Assembly (NCBI GenBank): GCA_028279305.1
Contig: JANQOA010000208.1
Span: forward strand, 3,707 to 67,706
Length of the DNA: 64,000 bases
Reading direction: 5' to 3'
Origin: Pseudomonadales bacterium
Lineage (GTDB): Bacteria > Pseudomonadota > Gammaproteobacteria > Pseudomonadales > Azotimanducaceae
Numbering within the stretch: the stretch's first letter is position 1; each line of letters starts with the position of its first letter. The position numbers and the translations under genes are program-made. Of this stretch, positions 1 through 10,874 are shown in pieces. A model generated the notes under the pieces. It ran no database searches and was not told where the DNA came from. It was given only the letters and a program-made list of their open reading frames with translations.

Positions 1-1533
1 GGCCGTTTGCAGGAATTGGGCGGGTTCAATCTGTTCACCCTCGTCACCGGTCATACGCAGGAACACCTCGTAGTGTTCGTCCGAATCACCGCGCAGACTG
101 ATGATGGGCTGAAACAAGGTGACAAACGTCTTGTTTTCAATCGCTTCGGTAATCTGCCGCAGGATAATTTTTGCGCCGTCGATTTCGGGATCTTCACTGG
201 CCGGTTTGGGCAGAACTACCGTGTTGGATGATTCGCTTTCGATGGTATCCATAAGCAGCACATGGGCTGCGTCCAGGGAGCCGCTGACGCCGCGGTCCGG
301 ATCATAAGGCACACCGGCGATGGTTATGGTGGGGCGCACGGTCTTATCCTGAACCTCAAGGATCAGATCTGCCATCTGGCGCCGCACAGCGTCCGCGGTC
401 TCGTGAATCTTGTCCTGGGAGTCACCCACCACCGCCAGCGCAAACTGGTGCTGGCTGAGGCGGATCACCGGATAGTCGCCGGTGAGTTCAGCAAATTTTT
501 TCCACACTTTGCGGCAGATCGTTTCCGTGCCTACCAGGCCGTAAGCCTGTTGCAGCTGGCCGAAGTTATCCAGGCCGGCCACCAGCAGGAAACGCTCTCC
601 GCCGTCATTGGCAAAAAAGCTGTCAGCGGCTTTCACAAAGCCGGGCAGTTCCAGTTCGTCAGAAGCGGCTGCGCGGGGTGCGGGATCTTCAGCGGGGGCT
701 TCATTGTCAGCAACCTTTACCGTCACCTGCAGGCAGTCTTCACCCTCGTATTGAGAATTGGTCAGCGTCATGGTGCCTTTGATGGGTTCGCGGTCATCCT
801 CTCCGGGCGCGCTGACAAAATTGAAGGTGGATGATTCGGCTTTCTTGGCCGCCGCCTGCTCAGCGGCCTCATCAGCTTCGTCCGAGCTTTTCGGGCGCAG
901 GGCTTTGAGCTGGCGTTTTAACTCCTGCACGCTGTCGGTACACAATATGTCCGCCAGCGATTCACCGCACAGATCATCTATGTCGGTATAGCCGAACAGG
1001 TTCAGGTAGTGCTCGTTGGCGTGGATATGCATGCCCTCGTGCACATAGGCGATGGCTGATTTTGATCCCTGCAACAAGAGCTGGCAGCGCTCTTCCGCTT
1101 CTTTCAGCGCGCGGCGGATCTGGGAATAATTCTGCCGCTGGCAGACGTTTTCCAGTTCGCGCTTGATCACCAGGGCCAGTTGATCGGGACAGCTGGCGGG
1201 TACTGCATCGGTGGCGCCCAGGTTCAAAGCGCTGACCACCGACCAGGCGGATTCCTGGCTGTCGTCGGTGAGGAGAATGAGGGGGGTATGGGGGCCGTTC
1301 TGACGGATTCTGGGGATCAGTTGCTCGAGGCCGTCAAATTTGTCGGTCAGGACAGCAATGTCGGTTTCACCCTGGCCAACCATCTGGGCGATCTGGCCCA
1401 GATCATCACTGATGCTCAGTTTTGTGGCGATGCCGGCATCACGCAGGGCAGAATCCAGTTCATAAGCTGAATTTTCTGATTTTTCCGCGATTAACAGCCG
1501 TGTTGTGCCCTGCTGAGAAAGCTGTGCCGACAT
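1..1533 (-). CDS. fimX: FimX-like REC-PAS-degenerate GGDEF-EAL protein, partial (runs off the left edge)
   Basis: Absent from the ORF track because it has no stop in the window. Hand translation from ATG 1533 gives MSAQLSQQGTTRLLIAEKSE...EAEERCQLLLQGSKSAIAYVHEGMHIHAN...LFQPIISLRGDSDEHYEVFLR, matching Pseudomonas FimX; adjacent to a fimW-like gene. Confidence 0.85.
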   Translation of the reverse strand, partial: MSAQLSQQGTTRLLIAEKSENSAYELDSALRDAGIATKLSISDDLGQIAQMVGQGETDIAVLTDKFDGLEQLIPRIRQNGPHTPLILLTDDSQESAWSVVSALNLGATDAVPASCPDQLALVIKRELENVCQRQNYSQIRRALKEAEERCQLLLQGSKSAIAYVHEGMHIHANEHYLNLFGYTDIDDLCGESLADILCTDSVQELKRQLKALRPKSSDEADEAAEQAAAKKAESSTFNFVSAPGEDDREPIKGTMTLTNSQYEGEDCLQVTVKVADNEAPAEDPAPRAAASDELELPGFVKAADSFFANDGGERFLLVAGLDNFGQLQQAYGLVGTETICRKVWKKFAELTGDYPVIRLSQHQFALAVVGDSQDKIHETADAVRRQMADLILEVQDKTVRPTITIAGVPYDPDRGVSGSLDAAHVLLMDTIESESSNTVVLPKPASEDPEIDGAKIILRQITEAIENKTFVTLFQPIISLRGDSDEHYEVFLRMTGDEGEQIEPAQFLQTA

Positions 1534-1654
1534 ATCCTTTTTTAGCTCCGGGGTACTGCGGCTTCCCCGATCCAAAGGTAAGATCGAGGCTAAGAACCCT
1601 GGCTAGTGTCCTCTCTAGTCTTGGCGAACAGGACACCATGTTGCGGGGAGGGGT

Positions 1655-3370
1655 CTAGTTTTCCAAGTAACCATCCAACATACGAAATGTGAACTGGTTA
1701 AAACTATCGGTGTTTTGTCGGTTTTCCAGCAGTTGGGCTGTGGTGTGTAATCCCTGCCGCTGGATGTTCACTTTCTGCCCGGCGGCAAAGGGTACCTTGG
1801 GTGTGATCAGGGTGGCCGGCTGTTTTATGGCTTTAATTTCCGGCAGCAGCAGGCCGCGGGCGAAGTCGGTGGGGCCGCCTTTTTTCTGGATGGTGCGCAG
1901 GGCTACGGGAATGGCCTTGGGCGCCAGCAGTTCCACGCCCATCTGCAGCGTCCCCAGCCGGGTCTGTATCCAACGCACCGCCGCCACACACCAGCGGGTG
2001 TCCTTCTCCTCCCGCAGCGCGACAATTTCCCCCACGGCAATGCGGGGCGGTATCTGTTCAGCCCAGTCCAGGCGGTAGCCGCCCGGGCTGGTATCCGCAA
2101 CTTGCGTCTCAAAGTGTTCGTTCGGCTTTTCGGTGTGAACACCGGTGCTGGCTTCCAGCAGAATATTCTCGGGACTTTCGATGTTGGGGTTTTCCGGAAT
2201 GCGCACCTTGAGGTCGTGGGCCTGGGACCATGGATCGTCGTCAGCTTCGTTCTGTGAAGATTCGTAGTCCACATCCAGAAACGGGTTTACTTCCCTGCGT
2301 AACAGGGCTTCGGTACTGCTCAGTTGCTCAGCGAAGTCGATCCCCCCCGACAGGAAATAGTGGGCCGCCCGCAGACCGATACACACACGCAGCACCGAGT
2401 TGGTCTGCATGCGCTTGAAGGTGCGCGGCTTTAATACGCTCCAGGCTTCCACCAGGTGCGATAACAGGCCGGTGGACATGGTGTCGGGGATGGCAATATT
2501 GGTGCTGACTTCCTTCAGGTAAGCTTCGATTTCATAAGCCAGCACCTCGGTGCGCAGCGCGCGGGGCTCAGCCAATGCTTTGCTGAACTGAGCGTATTGA
2601 GGCCCCTCGTTGGCCAGCAGGTCGACAATCAACAGGGTGTCGTGAGTGTCCCGGTCCAGTGCCACCTGGCCGCTCCAGTGCTCCAGGGCGCCAAACACAG
2701 CTTTTATGTGGTGCTGCTGCAACTGGTTGGACTTGCAGCTGGCCAGTAGCAGCGAGCGCATATATACGGCACCGATGGTATTAGTGCGTACCGTAGTATT
2801 TTCATCGTCCGCCAACTTGAACTCGGTCAGCTCCAGGGTTTCCGCTAACCGGTAGATTTCGTTCAGTTCCCACCAGAAGTTCTGCGGCGGCTGAGCGTAA
2901 GCCTGCAGCGCGCGCAGCAATACCCGGCATAGATCGGAAAGCAGACGGTGGATAGCCTTGGGCAATACGTCTTTGTTGATACCCTTGTCACCGGCGCGCG
3001 GAATGGTGTCCAGTACCACCGCCTTGTAGCCGGTGCAGATGTTCAGCAACAGGTCGGCTGCTGACGCCTGTTGTCCGGCGTCCTCCGGCTTGGCCGCTGC
3101 AGCCGCTGAGGCGGTGCGGTCGAGCCGCGAGCAGATATAGTGAACAACCGGGCGCACGGCTTCCAGCGCCTCGAGCTTCAAACTGCCCGGGGCAGATAAC
3201 AACGCTAGTTCAGCTGTTGCCAGCTTTAACTGCTCAGCGGTCTCCCTGGTGTTGGCTAGTGGTAAGGCGCTCACCCAATCGGCAATGGCATTGGGATTGG
3301 CGGCGGCAAAACTTAGACTGTCCAAACTGGTGTCCGGCGCGTCTAAACGGACTTCTAAAGCTTCACTCAT
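1655..3370 (-). CDS. fimW: FimW-like c-di-GMP receptor with degenerate PilZ C-terminus
   Basis: 571 aa; RTFKR and DTSPGGY PilZ-type motifs; immediately upstream of the fimX-like gene as in Pseudomonas. Confidence 0.75.
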   Translation of the reverse strand: MSEALEVRLDAPDTSLDSLSFAAANPNAIADWVSALPLANTRETAEQLKLATAELALLSAPGSLKLEALEAVRPVVHYICSRLDRTASAAAAAKPEDAGQQASAADLLLNICTGYKAVVLDTIPRAGDKGINKDVLPKAIHRLLSDLCRVLLRALQAYAQPPQNFWWELNEIYRLAETLELTEFKLADDENTTVRTNTIGAVYMRSLLLASCKSNQLQQHHIKAVFGALEHWSGQVALDRDTHDTLLIVDLLANEGPQYAQFSKALAEPRALRTEVLAYEIEAYLKEVSTNIAIPDTMSTGLLSHLVEAWSVLKPRTFKRMQTNSVLRVCIGLRAAHYFLSGGIDFAEQLSSTEALLRREVNPFLDVDYESSQNEADDDPWSQAHDLKVRIPENPNIESPENILLEASTGVHTEKPNEHFETQVADTSPGGYRLDWAEQIPPRIAVGEIVALREEKDTRWCVAAVRWIQTRLGTLQMGVELLAPKAIPVALRTIQKKGGPTDFARGLLLPEIKAIKQPATLITPKVPFAAGQKVNIQRQGLHTTAQLLENRQNTDSFNQFTFRMLDGYLEN

Positions 3371-3424
3371 GGGCGCGAATTGTCGGTGACGAAGTGCGGT
3401 CAGTGCAAGCGCCGGGAGGGCGAA

Positions 3425-4432
3425 TTAGCCGCTGCTAACGATCATTTTACTTGCCTTTTTGGGTACTTCCTCAACCAGCCTGGGTAACAGGTAGCCGGGC
3501 AAGTGCGCCTGCATGTCACTGAAAATAGCCTGCCCCCGGCTGCGGCTGACAAAAAAATGATGGGTGCCGGCTACCCGGTCCGGCAGGTGCAGGTAGTAGG
3601 GCAGCACCTGTTGTTCAAACAAGCGCTCTGCGAGCTGGATCTGCGCCGCCGCGGTATCGTTGATACCGCGCAGCAGTACCGCCTGGTTGAACAGCCAGGC
3701 GCCGCTGCGCCGCAAACAACCGAACGCCCGTTCCGTGTCCGTGTTTAATTCACGCCCATGGTTGGCGTGAACCACCAGCACTAGCTGCAACGGTGCGGCC
3801 TGCAATGCGGCGAGCAGGGCCGGGGTGGTCCGCTCCGGCAGTACAATGGGGATGCGGGTATGAATGCGCAGACGGCGGACGTGAGGTATGCGGGCGATGC
3901 GGTTGATCAGCTCGGCCAAAGGTTGGTCTTCCAGCAACAGCGGATCGCCGCCGGACAAAATCACCTCTCTTATGCTGGTGTCCGCCGCTACCGCGTTTAA
4001 TGCCTGATCCAGGTGCGGGTCCAGGTGCGCCTGGTAAGGGAAGTGACGGCGAAAGCAGTAGCGGCAGTGCACGGCACAGCCGCCGGTGGCCAGCAGCAGC
4101 ACGCGGCCCTGGTATTTCTGGATCAACCCCGGGGTATGGCTGAAACCTGCGTCTGCATCCGTTTCGTACAACGGGTCGCTGACAAATCCGGCGGCAGGTT
4201 GCTTTTCCGCCTGCACGGCCAGAACCTGCAGCAGCAGCGGATCGTCCGGGTCGCCGGGCTGCATGCGGCGGGCGAACCCCCGGGGCACCAGTACGGGGAA
4301 GTCATCCGCTTCCGCGGCGTCAGCATGCCGGGTACCCAGGGCGGCCAGCAGACTGCGGCTGGAGCGGTAGGCCTGTTTCAGGGCAGCATGCCAAAGGCCG
4401 GGCTCCCAAGGTGTTTCATTCACAGGTATCAT
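3425..4432 (-). CDS. epmB: EF-P beta-lysylation lysine 2,3-aminomutase
   Basis: Radical SAM motif [21 protein letters not shown]; divergent from efp. Confidence 0.93.
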   Translation of the reverse strand: MIPVNETPWEPGLWHAALKQAYRSSRSLLAALGTRHADAAEADDFPVLVPRGFARRMQPGDPDDPLLLQVLAVQAEKQPAAGFVSDPLYETDADAGFSHTPGLIQKYQGRVLLLATGGCAVHCRYCFRRHFPYQAHLDPHLDQALNAVAADTSIREVILSGGDPLLLEDQPLAELINRIARIPHVRRLRIHTRIPIVLPERTTPALLAALQAAPLQLVLVVHANHGRELNTDTERAFGCLRRSGAWLFNQAVLLRGINDTAAAQIQLAERLFEQQVLPYYLHLPDRVAGTHHFFVSRSRGQAIFSDMQAHLPGYLLPRLVEEVPKKASKMIVSSG

Positions 4433-4463
4433 GCGCGCGGGATTAACGTTACTAGCGAGAACT

Positions 4464-5036
4464 ATGGCCAGTTATTCTACCAATGAATTCCGTTCGGGAA
4501 TGAAAGTATTGTTGGAAGGTGACCCCTGCACCATCCTGGAAAACGAGTTTGTCAAACCGGGCAAAGGCCAGGCGTTTAACCGGGTCAGATTCCGTAATCT
4601 CAAAACCGGCCGGGTCTGGGAACGCACCTTTAAATCCGGCGAATCCATCGAAGCCGCAGACGTCATGGATCTGGATATGGAGTACCTGTATACCGACGGC
4701 GAATTCTGGCACTTCATGCGTACCGACGGCAGTTTTGAACAGGTAGCCGCCGGCGCCGCCGCGGTCGGCGACGCCAAGGACTGGCTGAAAGAGCAGGATG
4801 TATGCCAGGTCACTTTGTGGAACGAAGATCCGATTGCCGTCAGCCCGCCGAATTTTGTCGAGCTGGAGGTGATCGAGACGGATCCCGGCTTAAAGGGGGA
4901 TACCGCCAGCGGCGGTACCAAACCGGCCACCCTGTCCACCGGGGCTACCATCAAGGGCGTGCCGTTGTTTGTTAACATCGGCGACGTGCTGAAGATCGAT
5001 ACCCGCACCGGGGAGTATGTCAGCCGCGCCCGCTGA
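4464..5036 (+). CDS. efp: Elongation factor P
   Basis: KPGKGQAF loop, [21 protein letters not shown]; ATG at 4464. Confidence 0.97.
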   Translation: MASYSTNEFRSGMKVLLEGDPCTILENEFVKPGKGQAFNRVRFRNLKTGRVWERTFKSGESIEAADVMDLDMEYLYTDGEFWHFMRTDGSFEQVAAGAAAVGDAKDWLKEQDVCQVTLWNEDPIAVSPPNFVELEVIETDPGLKGDTASGGTKPATLSTGATIKGVPLFVNIGDVLKIDTRTGEYVSRAR

Positions 5037-5048
5037 CCGGCGGCACTA

Positions 5049-5909
5049 GTGGCGGCCTGGCAGCCCAGCGCGGACCCGGCGGGTCTCACGGCCAGGGCGC
5101 GCATTCTCAGCGCGACGCGGGACTTTTTTCAGCAGCGTCAGGTGCTGGAAGTGCAGACGCCGGTGTTGGGCCGGCACAGCGTCACTGATCCCGATGTAGA
5201 AGGCGTGGCTGTGGCCGGCTACGGTTACCTGCAGACCTCTCCCGAATATTTCATGAAACGCTTGCTGGCCGCCGGCATGCCGGACTGCTACCAACTGGGC
5301 CCGGCCTTCCGGCACGAAGAAGCGGGGCGCCACCACAACCCTGAATTTACGCTGCTGGAGTGGTACCGCCTCGGTATCGATGAGCGGGCATTGATGCTGG
5401 AGGTGGAGGCGCTGGTGGACCAGGTTCTGGGCCCGGGTGATTACGAGGAGATACCTTACTGGCATCTGCTCACCGCCGCCGGCTGTACCGCGGACAGTCC
5501 GCGGCACGAGTTGGACCTGGCCTTTGCCGAAGCCTGCGCCGGGTTAAATCCTGGGCGCTTTTTTGTCACCCAGTATCCGGCGCCTCAGGCCGCCCTGGCG
5601 CGCTTGCGCCGCTCCCCGGTGAATGAAATTTATGCCGCCCGTTTTGAGCTGGTGGTGGATGGTCTGGAGCTGGCTAACGGATATTGGGAACTGCTGGATG
5701 CTGACGAGCATGCTCAACGGTTTGCCGGGGACAACGAGGTGCGTACGGCGCGCGGCCTGCCGGCGCATACACCGGACCCGGAATTTCTCGCGGCGCTGGC
5801 GCAGGGCCTGCCGGCCTGCGCCGGGGTGGCGCTGGGCATGGACCGGCTGGTCATGCTGGCGCTGGGCAAAACGCACATCCGCGAGGTACTGGCTTTCGCC
5901 TGGCAGTGA
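5049..5909 (+). CDS. epmA: EF-P lysine aminoacylase
   Basis: YLQTSPEYFMKRLL, HNPEFTLLEWYR, GVALGMDRL; follows efp. Confidence 0.93.
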   Translation: MAAWQPSADPAGLTARARILSATRDFFQQRQVLEVQTPVLGRHSVTDPDVEGVAVAGYGYLQTSPEYFMKRLLAAGMPDCYQLGPAFRHEEAGRHHNPEFTLLEWYRLGIDERALMLEVEALVDQVLGPGDYEEIPYWHLLTAAGCTADSPRHELDLAFAEACAGLNPGRFFVTQYPAPQAALARLRRSPVNEIYAARFELVVDGLELANGYWELLDADEHAQRFAGDNEVRTARGLPAHTPDPEFLAALAQGLPACAGVALGMDRLVMLALGKTHIREVLAFAWQ

Positions 5910-5921
5910 CGGCTGCTGCGG

Positions 5922-6776
5922 TCAGGGCTGGCGCGGGGCGGCCAGGCGCTCACCCATTTTGATGCGCGCTCCCGGCTGCCAGCGCGGATCGATATCTACC
6001 GCGTTGCGGGGGAAACAGCAGATCACCGTGGAACCGAGCAGGAAACGGCCGATCTCGTCACCGGTTTCATAGCGCAGTTGAAACTCGGTGAGCTCTTCGG
6101 TGAGGTAAGGTGATTCAGGGCCCAACCAGTCGGTTTCAATGGATGCCACAATCATTGCACCAACCAGTACCACCAGCATGGGCCCAACGTCCGTGACAAA
6201 CCGGCACACCAGACGCTCGTTGCGGCAGAACAGGCCGTCAATTGCATTTTCCGTACTGCTGTTTACCGAGTACAGTGCGCCGGGCACGGCCAGCGTGGCC
6301 TGCAGGTCTCCGCTGTAAGGCAGGTGAACCCGGTGATAGTCACTTGGCGCCAGGTAGATGGTGCAGAACGTGCCGTTGTCAAAACCCGCTGACAGCGGGC
6401 CTGCCAGGGTGGAGAGGGCATAGCTGTGGCCTTTCGCCTGTAACAGCCGGTTGCGGCTGATGGTACCTGTCTGGCTGATGGTGCCGTCCGCCGGGCTGAC
6501 CACCTGACCGGCGGCGATGGGGCGGGCGCCCGGTTTCAAGGCGCGGGTGAAAAAGTCGTTAAAGCAGTTGAAGTCGCGCAGCGACGGCACTGCGGCTTCA
6601 TCCAGGCTGACCCGGTAGCTGCGCGCAAACTGCTGGATAAAAAGATCTTTTACCCAGGGTGTGCGGCTGCGGGCCAGCGCGCCCACCAGCCGGGATAAGG
6701 CATGTTGCGGTACCAGGTTCTGCAGGCCGGCAAACAGCCGGTCGCGGGGGCGCAATTCCGGTGCGGGCTGAGGCAC
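5922..6776 (-). CDS. psd: Phosphatidylserine decarboxylase
   Basis: FNDFFTR, SPADG, YLAPSDYHRVH and LGST autocleavage motif. Confidence 0.95.
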   Translation of the reverse strand: MPQPAPELRPRDRLFAGLQNLVPQHALSRLVGALARSRTPWVKDLFIQQFARSYRVSLDEAAVPSLRDFNCFNDFFTRALKPGARPIAAGQVVSPADGTISQTGTISRNRLLQAKGHSYALSTLAGPLSAGFDNGTFCTIYLAPSDYHRVHLPYSGDLQATLAVPGALYSVNSSTENAIDGLFCRNERLVCRFVTDVGPMLVVLVGAMIVASIETDWLGPESPYLTEELTEFQLRYETGDEIGRFLLGSTVICCFPRNAVDIDPRWQPGARIKMGERLAAPRQP

Positions 6777-7606
6777 TAGACTTCTATGGGGGTGTCTTGC
6801 CGGTTACCCCACTCGGACCAGGAACCATGGTAGGCGCGGATATCCAGGCCCAGCAGGCGCCCCAGCATGTAAGACAGGCCGGACCGGTGGTGAGTCTGGC
6901 AGTGGGTGATCACCGCCCGCTCGCCGTTAATACCGATGGCGTTCAACTGCATGGCAATATTTTCGGTGAGGCGCAGTTGGCGGGACGGGTCCTTCAACAG
7001 CATCCAGTCCAGGTTAACGGCGCCGGGAATATGGCCGCTGCGGGCGGCGGCCTGGCGCTGGCCCAGATACTCTTCCTGCGAGCGTACATCCCAGATCACC
7101 TGGTCCTGGGTGCTGACGGCGTCCAGCACGTCTTCCAGTTCAGCAATAGGCGCTGTGTCTATGCTCAGTGCCGGCTCGGTGGGCGCCGGCGGTTCCGCCG
7201 CGCCGGCAGCCAGCGGTAAACCTGCCGCGTACCATGCGTGCAAACCGCCGTTCAGATAACACCAGCGGCGGTGGCCTATCACATCCAGGGTCCAGGCCAG
7301 GCGGCCGGCCCAGCCGCCGCCCTCATCGTCGTAGACCACGATGTTGCGCTGCGGGGTATATCCGAGCCCGCTGAAGAGCTGCTGCAGATCTTTTAACTCA
7401 GGCAGCTTGCCGGTGGCGGGCGGTACGCCGCACACCAGTTGTGCCGGTGTAACAAGCAGGGCGCCGGGAATGTGAGCCTGCTGAAAAACTTCTGCAGAAG
7501 TCACTTGCAGCAACAGCAGGTTACTGTCTTCCGCCATGTACGCCTGCAGTGCGGCGGGTTCAAGAACAGCAACTTCGTCTGCGGACGGCGCGGCATCCTG
7601 CTTCAA
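6776..7606 (-). CDS. Tandem rhodanese-domain thiosulfate sulfurtransferase (RhdA-like)
   Basis: HIPGA twice, active site HCQTHHRS, YHGSWSEW; probable TTG start at 7606 behind GAGGG. Confidence 0.88.
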   Translation of the reverse strand: MKQDAAPSADEVAVLEPAALQAYMAEDSNLLLLQVTSAEVFQQAHIPGALLVTPAQLVCGVPPATGKLPELKDLQQLFSGLGYTPQRNIVVYDDEGGGWAGRLAWTLDVIGHRRWCYLNGGLHAWYAAGLPLAAGAAEPPAPTEPALSIDTAPIAELEDVLDAVSTQDQVIWDVRSQEEYLGQRQAAARSGHIPGAVNLDWMLLKDPSRQLRLTENIAMQLNAIGINGERAVITHCQTHHRSGLSYMLGRLLGLDIRAYHGSWSEWGNRQDTPIEV

Positions 7607-7686
7607 GAGTATCCCTCTACAATAGTGGTCAAGGAAAGCATAATAACGCGGATGATATCTGAATCTTGTGTCTGCGGGAGTATCGA

Positions 7687-8241
7687 TTGAGCACAAAGCT
7701 TGTCTGGATGGATCTGGAAATGACCGGCCTCAACCCTGAGGTGGACCGCATCATCGAAATGGCCACCATAGTTACCGATGCCGACCTGAACATCCTGGAA
7801 GAAGGGCCGGTGCTGGCGGTCAGTCAGCCGCAGGCTGTGCTGGACGGCATGGACGAATGGAACCAGACCCACCACAGCGCGTCGGGCCTGCTGCGGCGGG
7901 TGGCGGAGCAGGGTGTGGCGGAAAGCGAAGCTGAAGCGCTGAGTCTTGGTTTTATCGAAAAACATGTCGGGCGGGGTGAGGCCCCCCTGTGCGGCAACAC
8001 CATATGGCAGGACCGGCGTTTTCTCACCCGTTACATGCCTGCGCTGGAGGGTTATCTGCATTACCGGATGATTGATGTCAGCAGTGTCAAAGAGCTGGCG
8101 CGCCGCTGGCACCCGGAAGTGGCTAACGGCTTTGTTAAGAAGAATGAGCACACGGCACTGGCGGATATCCGCGAATCCATCGGCGAATTGCGTTACTACC
8201 GGGAACACTTCTTCCGTCTGCCGCCGGCCGGCTCCGGCTAA
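7687..8241 (+). CDS. orn: Oligoribonuclease
   Basis: LVWMDLEMTGL, HTALADIRESI; probable TTG start at 7687. Confidence 0.95.
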   Translation: MSTKLVWMDLEMTGLNPEVDRIIEMATIVTDADLNILEEGPVLAVSQPQAVLDGMDEWNQTHHSASGLLRRVAEQGVAESEAEALSLGFIEKHVGRGEAPLCGNTIWQDRRFLTRYMPALEGYLHYRMIDVSSVKELARRWHPEVANGFVKKNEHTALADIRESIGELRYYREHFFRLPPAGSG

Positions 8242-9296
8242 GGTGTTGCCTGCAGTTGCGCCAGGGCCCAGCGGATGTGTTCAGCCACCATGGCGGACGC
8301 TGCCGGCAGGCGCCTGCGTAAAGCCTGGATGGCGGCGGCGTCAGCCGGCCCATTGCCCAGCGCTACCGCCAGGTTGCGCTGCCATTGCTCATAATTGATC
8401 CGGCGAATCGCGGAACCTTCCGTCAGCTTCAGGAACTCCTGTTCCGTGAGCTCAAACAGTTCCACCAGAGCGGGATTGTCCAGGTTGTGCCGTGCCGCAT
8501 AATCAGGCTCCCCGGTGGTGGGCGCGGCGCGGTTCCACGGACAGTACAGCTGGCAGTCATCGCAACCGTAGATGCGGTTGCCCATGGCTGGCCGCAGAGC
8601 TTCGGGGATGGCGCCTTTGTGCTCAATGGTGAGGTATGAGATACAGCGCCTGGCGTCCAGAGTCTGCGGCCCAACAATGGCGTCAGTGGGGCAGACGGTA
8701 ATGCATGCGTTACATTTGCCGCAGCCGTCATCGACGCTTTTGCCGTCTACCGGAAAAGGTGCATTGGTGTAGATTTCGCCGAGAAAAAACCATGACCCTG
8801 CGCTGCGGTTGAGCAGCAGGGTGTGTTTGCCGATCCAGCCCAGGCCGGCCTTTTCACCCAGGGCTTTTTCCAGTACCGGGGCGGAATCCGTAAACGCTCG
8901 GTACCGGTAAGCCGGTTGCCCTGCCGGCAGATGGCGGTTGATGCGTTCAGCCAGGCGCGCCAGCCGCCGGCGCAGCACCTTGTGGTAGTCGCGGCCGAGG
9001 GCGTAGCGGGAGACATAACCGCGGCTGGCATCATGCAACACCCGCAACGGCCGGGTGTCCGCCGCCAGGTAATTCATGCGTGCTGAAATGACCCTGCAGG
9101 TGCCTGGCTCCAGCAGTTCCGGGTGCAGGCGTTTTTCCAGGTTGCGGGTCAGGTAACCCATATCTCCGGCAAAGCCCGCCGCCAGCCAGGCCCGCACATG
9201 GGGCGCCTGGTCGGACAAATCGACGTTGCTGATGCCGATATCCTGGAAACCCAGTTCCTGGGCCCATTCAAGCAGCTCGCGCCTTGTGGGTAACAT
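8238..9296 (-). CDS. queG: Epoxyqueuosine reductase
   Basis: SRYALGRDYH, CGKCNACITVCP, GCDDCQLYCPWN. Confidence 0.95.
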   Translation of the reverse strand: MLPTRRELLEWAQELGFQDIGISNVDLSDQAPHVRAWLAAGFAGDMGYLTRNLEKRLHPELLEPGTCRVISARMNYLAADTRPLRVLHDASRGYVSRYALGRDYHKVLRRRLARLAERINRHLPAGQPAYRYRAFTDSAPVLEKALGEKAGLGWIGKHTLLLNRSAGSWFFLGEIYTNAPFPVDGKSVDDGCGKCNACITVCPTDAIVGPQTLDARRCISYLTIEHKGAIPEALRPAMGNRIYGCDDCQLYCPWNRAAPTTGEPDYAARHNLDNPALVELFELTEQEFLKLTEGSAIRRINYEQWQRNLAVALGNGPADAAAIQALRRRLPAASAMVAEHIRWALAQLQATP

Positions 9297-9347
9297 GCTC
9301 AGATAGAAGCGGACTGTGGGCGAATGCGCAGTATAATGCACAAGTCT

Positions 9348-10874
9348 ATGACTAAAGCCATTACTCACCTGTTTACCGCGGAAGAGTCCCGTGCCATAGA
9401 TGCGCGGGCCATCAGCGACCTGCCTGTCAGCGGCTTTACCCTCATGCAGCGGGCGGCTGAGGTTGCCTTCAGCACCTTGTTGCAGAGGTATCCGGGCATC
9501 ACCGGTATATCGGTCTGGGGCGGCAAGGGTAATAACGCCGGTGACGCCTACCTGGTGGCGGCGCTGGCCCGGCGATACGGTCTGGCGGTGCAGGCGGTAG
9601 CCGCGGCGCCTACCGCAGAGCTGAACGGTGATGCCGCCCGCGCCTGGCAGCAGGCGGCCGCGGCAGGTGTTGAGGCTGTGCCTTTTGACTCCCAGCCGGT
9701 GGTGGGCGACGTCCTGGTGGACGGCTTGTTAGGCACCGGCTTCAGCGGTGAGCCCAGGCCGGGTATGCGTGAAGTGCTGCAGCATCTGCAGCAAGTCCGG
9801 CAGCCGGTGCTGAGCGTAGATGTGCCTTCGGGTGTGAACGCCAGCACCGGTGCTGCCGCAGCTTGCGCGGTGCGGGCGGATGCCACCGTTTCTTTTATCA
9901 CGCGCAAGCTTGGCCTGCACACCGGCGCGGGTGTTGAACATGCGGGTGTGCGGGTGTTTGATGCGCTGGGTGTGCCCGCGCATATCTACGAGGAAGCGGG
10001 GGTCCGGGGCTGCCGTTTTCAAGCGGCTGACTTAATGCTGCCGTCAGCGGGCAGTCACAAACATCAACAGGGCCATGTGATGATTGTCGGCGGCGATAAG
10101 AATATGCCGGGCGCGGTGGCGATGGCTGCGGAAGCGGCATTGCGCGCGGGTGCGGGGATGGTCACGGTGGTGACCCAGGCATCCCACACCAACGCTATAG
10201 TGGCGCGCACGCCGGAAGTGATGGTGGTGGATGCACAGGCTGACGACCTGGCACAGACTCTGCGCCGCGGCAACATTATCGTGCTTGGGCCCGGTCTCGG
10301 CCGGCGTGCCTGGGGCGAAACCTTATTCGATCTGGTGCAGTCGCTGGGTGCGTCCGCGGACGCGGTGCCGGTGCTGCTGGATGCGGACGGGCTGTACTGG
10401 CTGGCGCGTAAAAGCAGCTGGCAGGGCGGGCCGCTGTATATCACTCCTCATGCGGCGGAGGCGGCTCGTTTGCTTGACCTTGAGGTGGGTGATGTTCAGC
10501 AGGACCGTCTCGCGGCGGCGGCTGCCTTGCGCGGGCGCTGGTCCTGCAGCGGTGTGCTTAAAGGTGCCGGCAGCGTAATTTTCTCCGCCTCGGGCAGCGG
10601 GATTTGTGAACATGGTAATGCCGGCATGGCTACAGCCGGCATGGGCGATGTGTTGAGCGGTATTGCCGGCGGATTGCTGGCCGGTGTGCAGCGTGTCAGT
10701 GCCGCACAGGCCGGCCGGCAGGCGGCAGACAGGCAGTTTGAACTCGCGGTCACCGCGCACAGCGCCGCGGCGGACCGCTGCGCGCAGCGCCTGGGCATGC
10801 GCAGCCTGATAGCCACCGATGTAATTCGCGAGCTGCCGGTGCTGTTTAACGCTCAAACGGCGGCCTCGTCATGA
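9348..10874 (+). CDS. nnr: Bifunctional NAD(P)HX epimerase/dehydratase
   Basis: GKGNNAGDA, DVPSG, ITPHAAEAARL, GMGDVLSG. Confidence 0.93.
   Translation: MTKAITHLFTAEESRAIDARAISDLPVSGFTLMQRAAEVAFSTLLQRYPGITGISVWGGKGNNAGDAYLVAALARRYGLAVQAVAAAPTAELNGDAARAWQQAAAAGVEAVPFDSQPVVGDVLVDGLLGTGFSGEPRPGMREVLQHLQQVRQPVLSVDVPSGVNASTGAAAACAVRADATVSFITRKLGLHTGAGVEHAGVRVFDALGVPAHIYEEAGVRGCRFQAADLMLPSAGSHKHQQGHVMIVGGDKNMPGAVAMAAEAALRAGAGMVTVVTQASHTNAIVARTPEVMVVDAQADDLAQTLRRGNIIVLGPGLGRRAWGETLFDLVQSLGASADAVPVLLDADGLYWLARKSSWQGGPLYITPHAAEAARLLDLEVGDVQQDRLAAAAALRGRWSCSGVLKGAGSVIFSASGSGICEHGNAGMATAGMGDVLSGIAGGLLAGVQRVSAAQAGRQAADRQFELAVTAHSAAADRCAQRLGMRSLIATDVIRELPVLFNAQTAASS

Noticed and set aside
7-1658. Plus-strand ORFs at the left end
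   Set aside because: They are antisense to the uninterrupted fimX-like frame.
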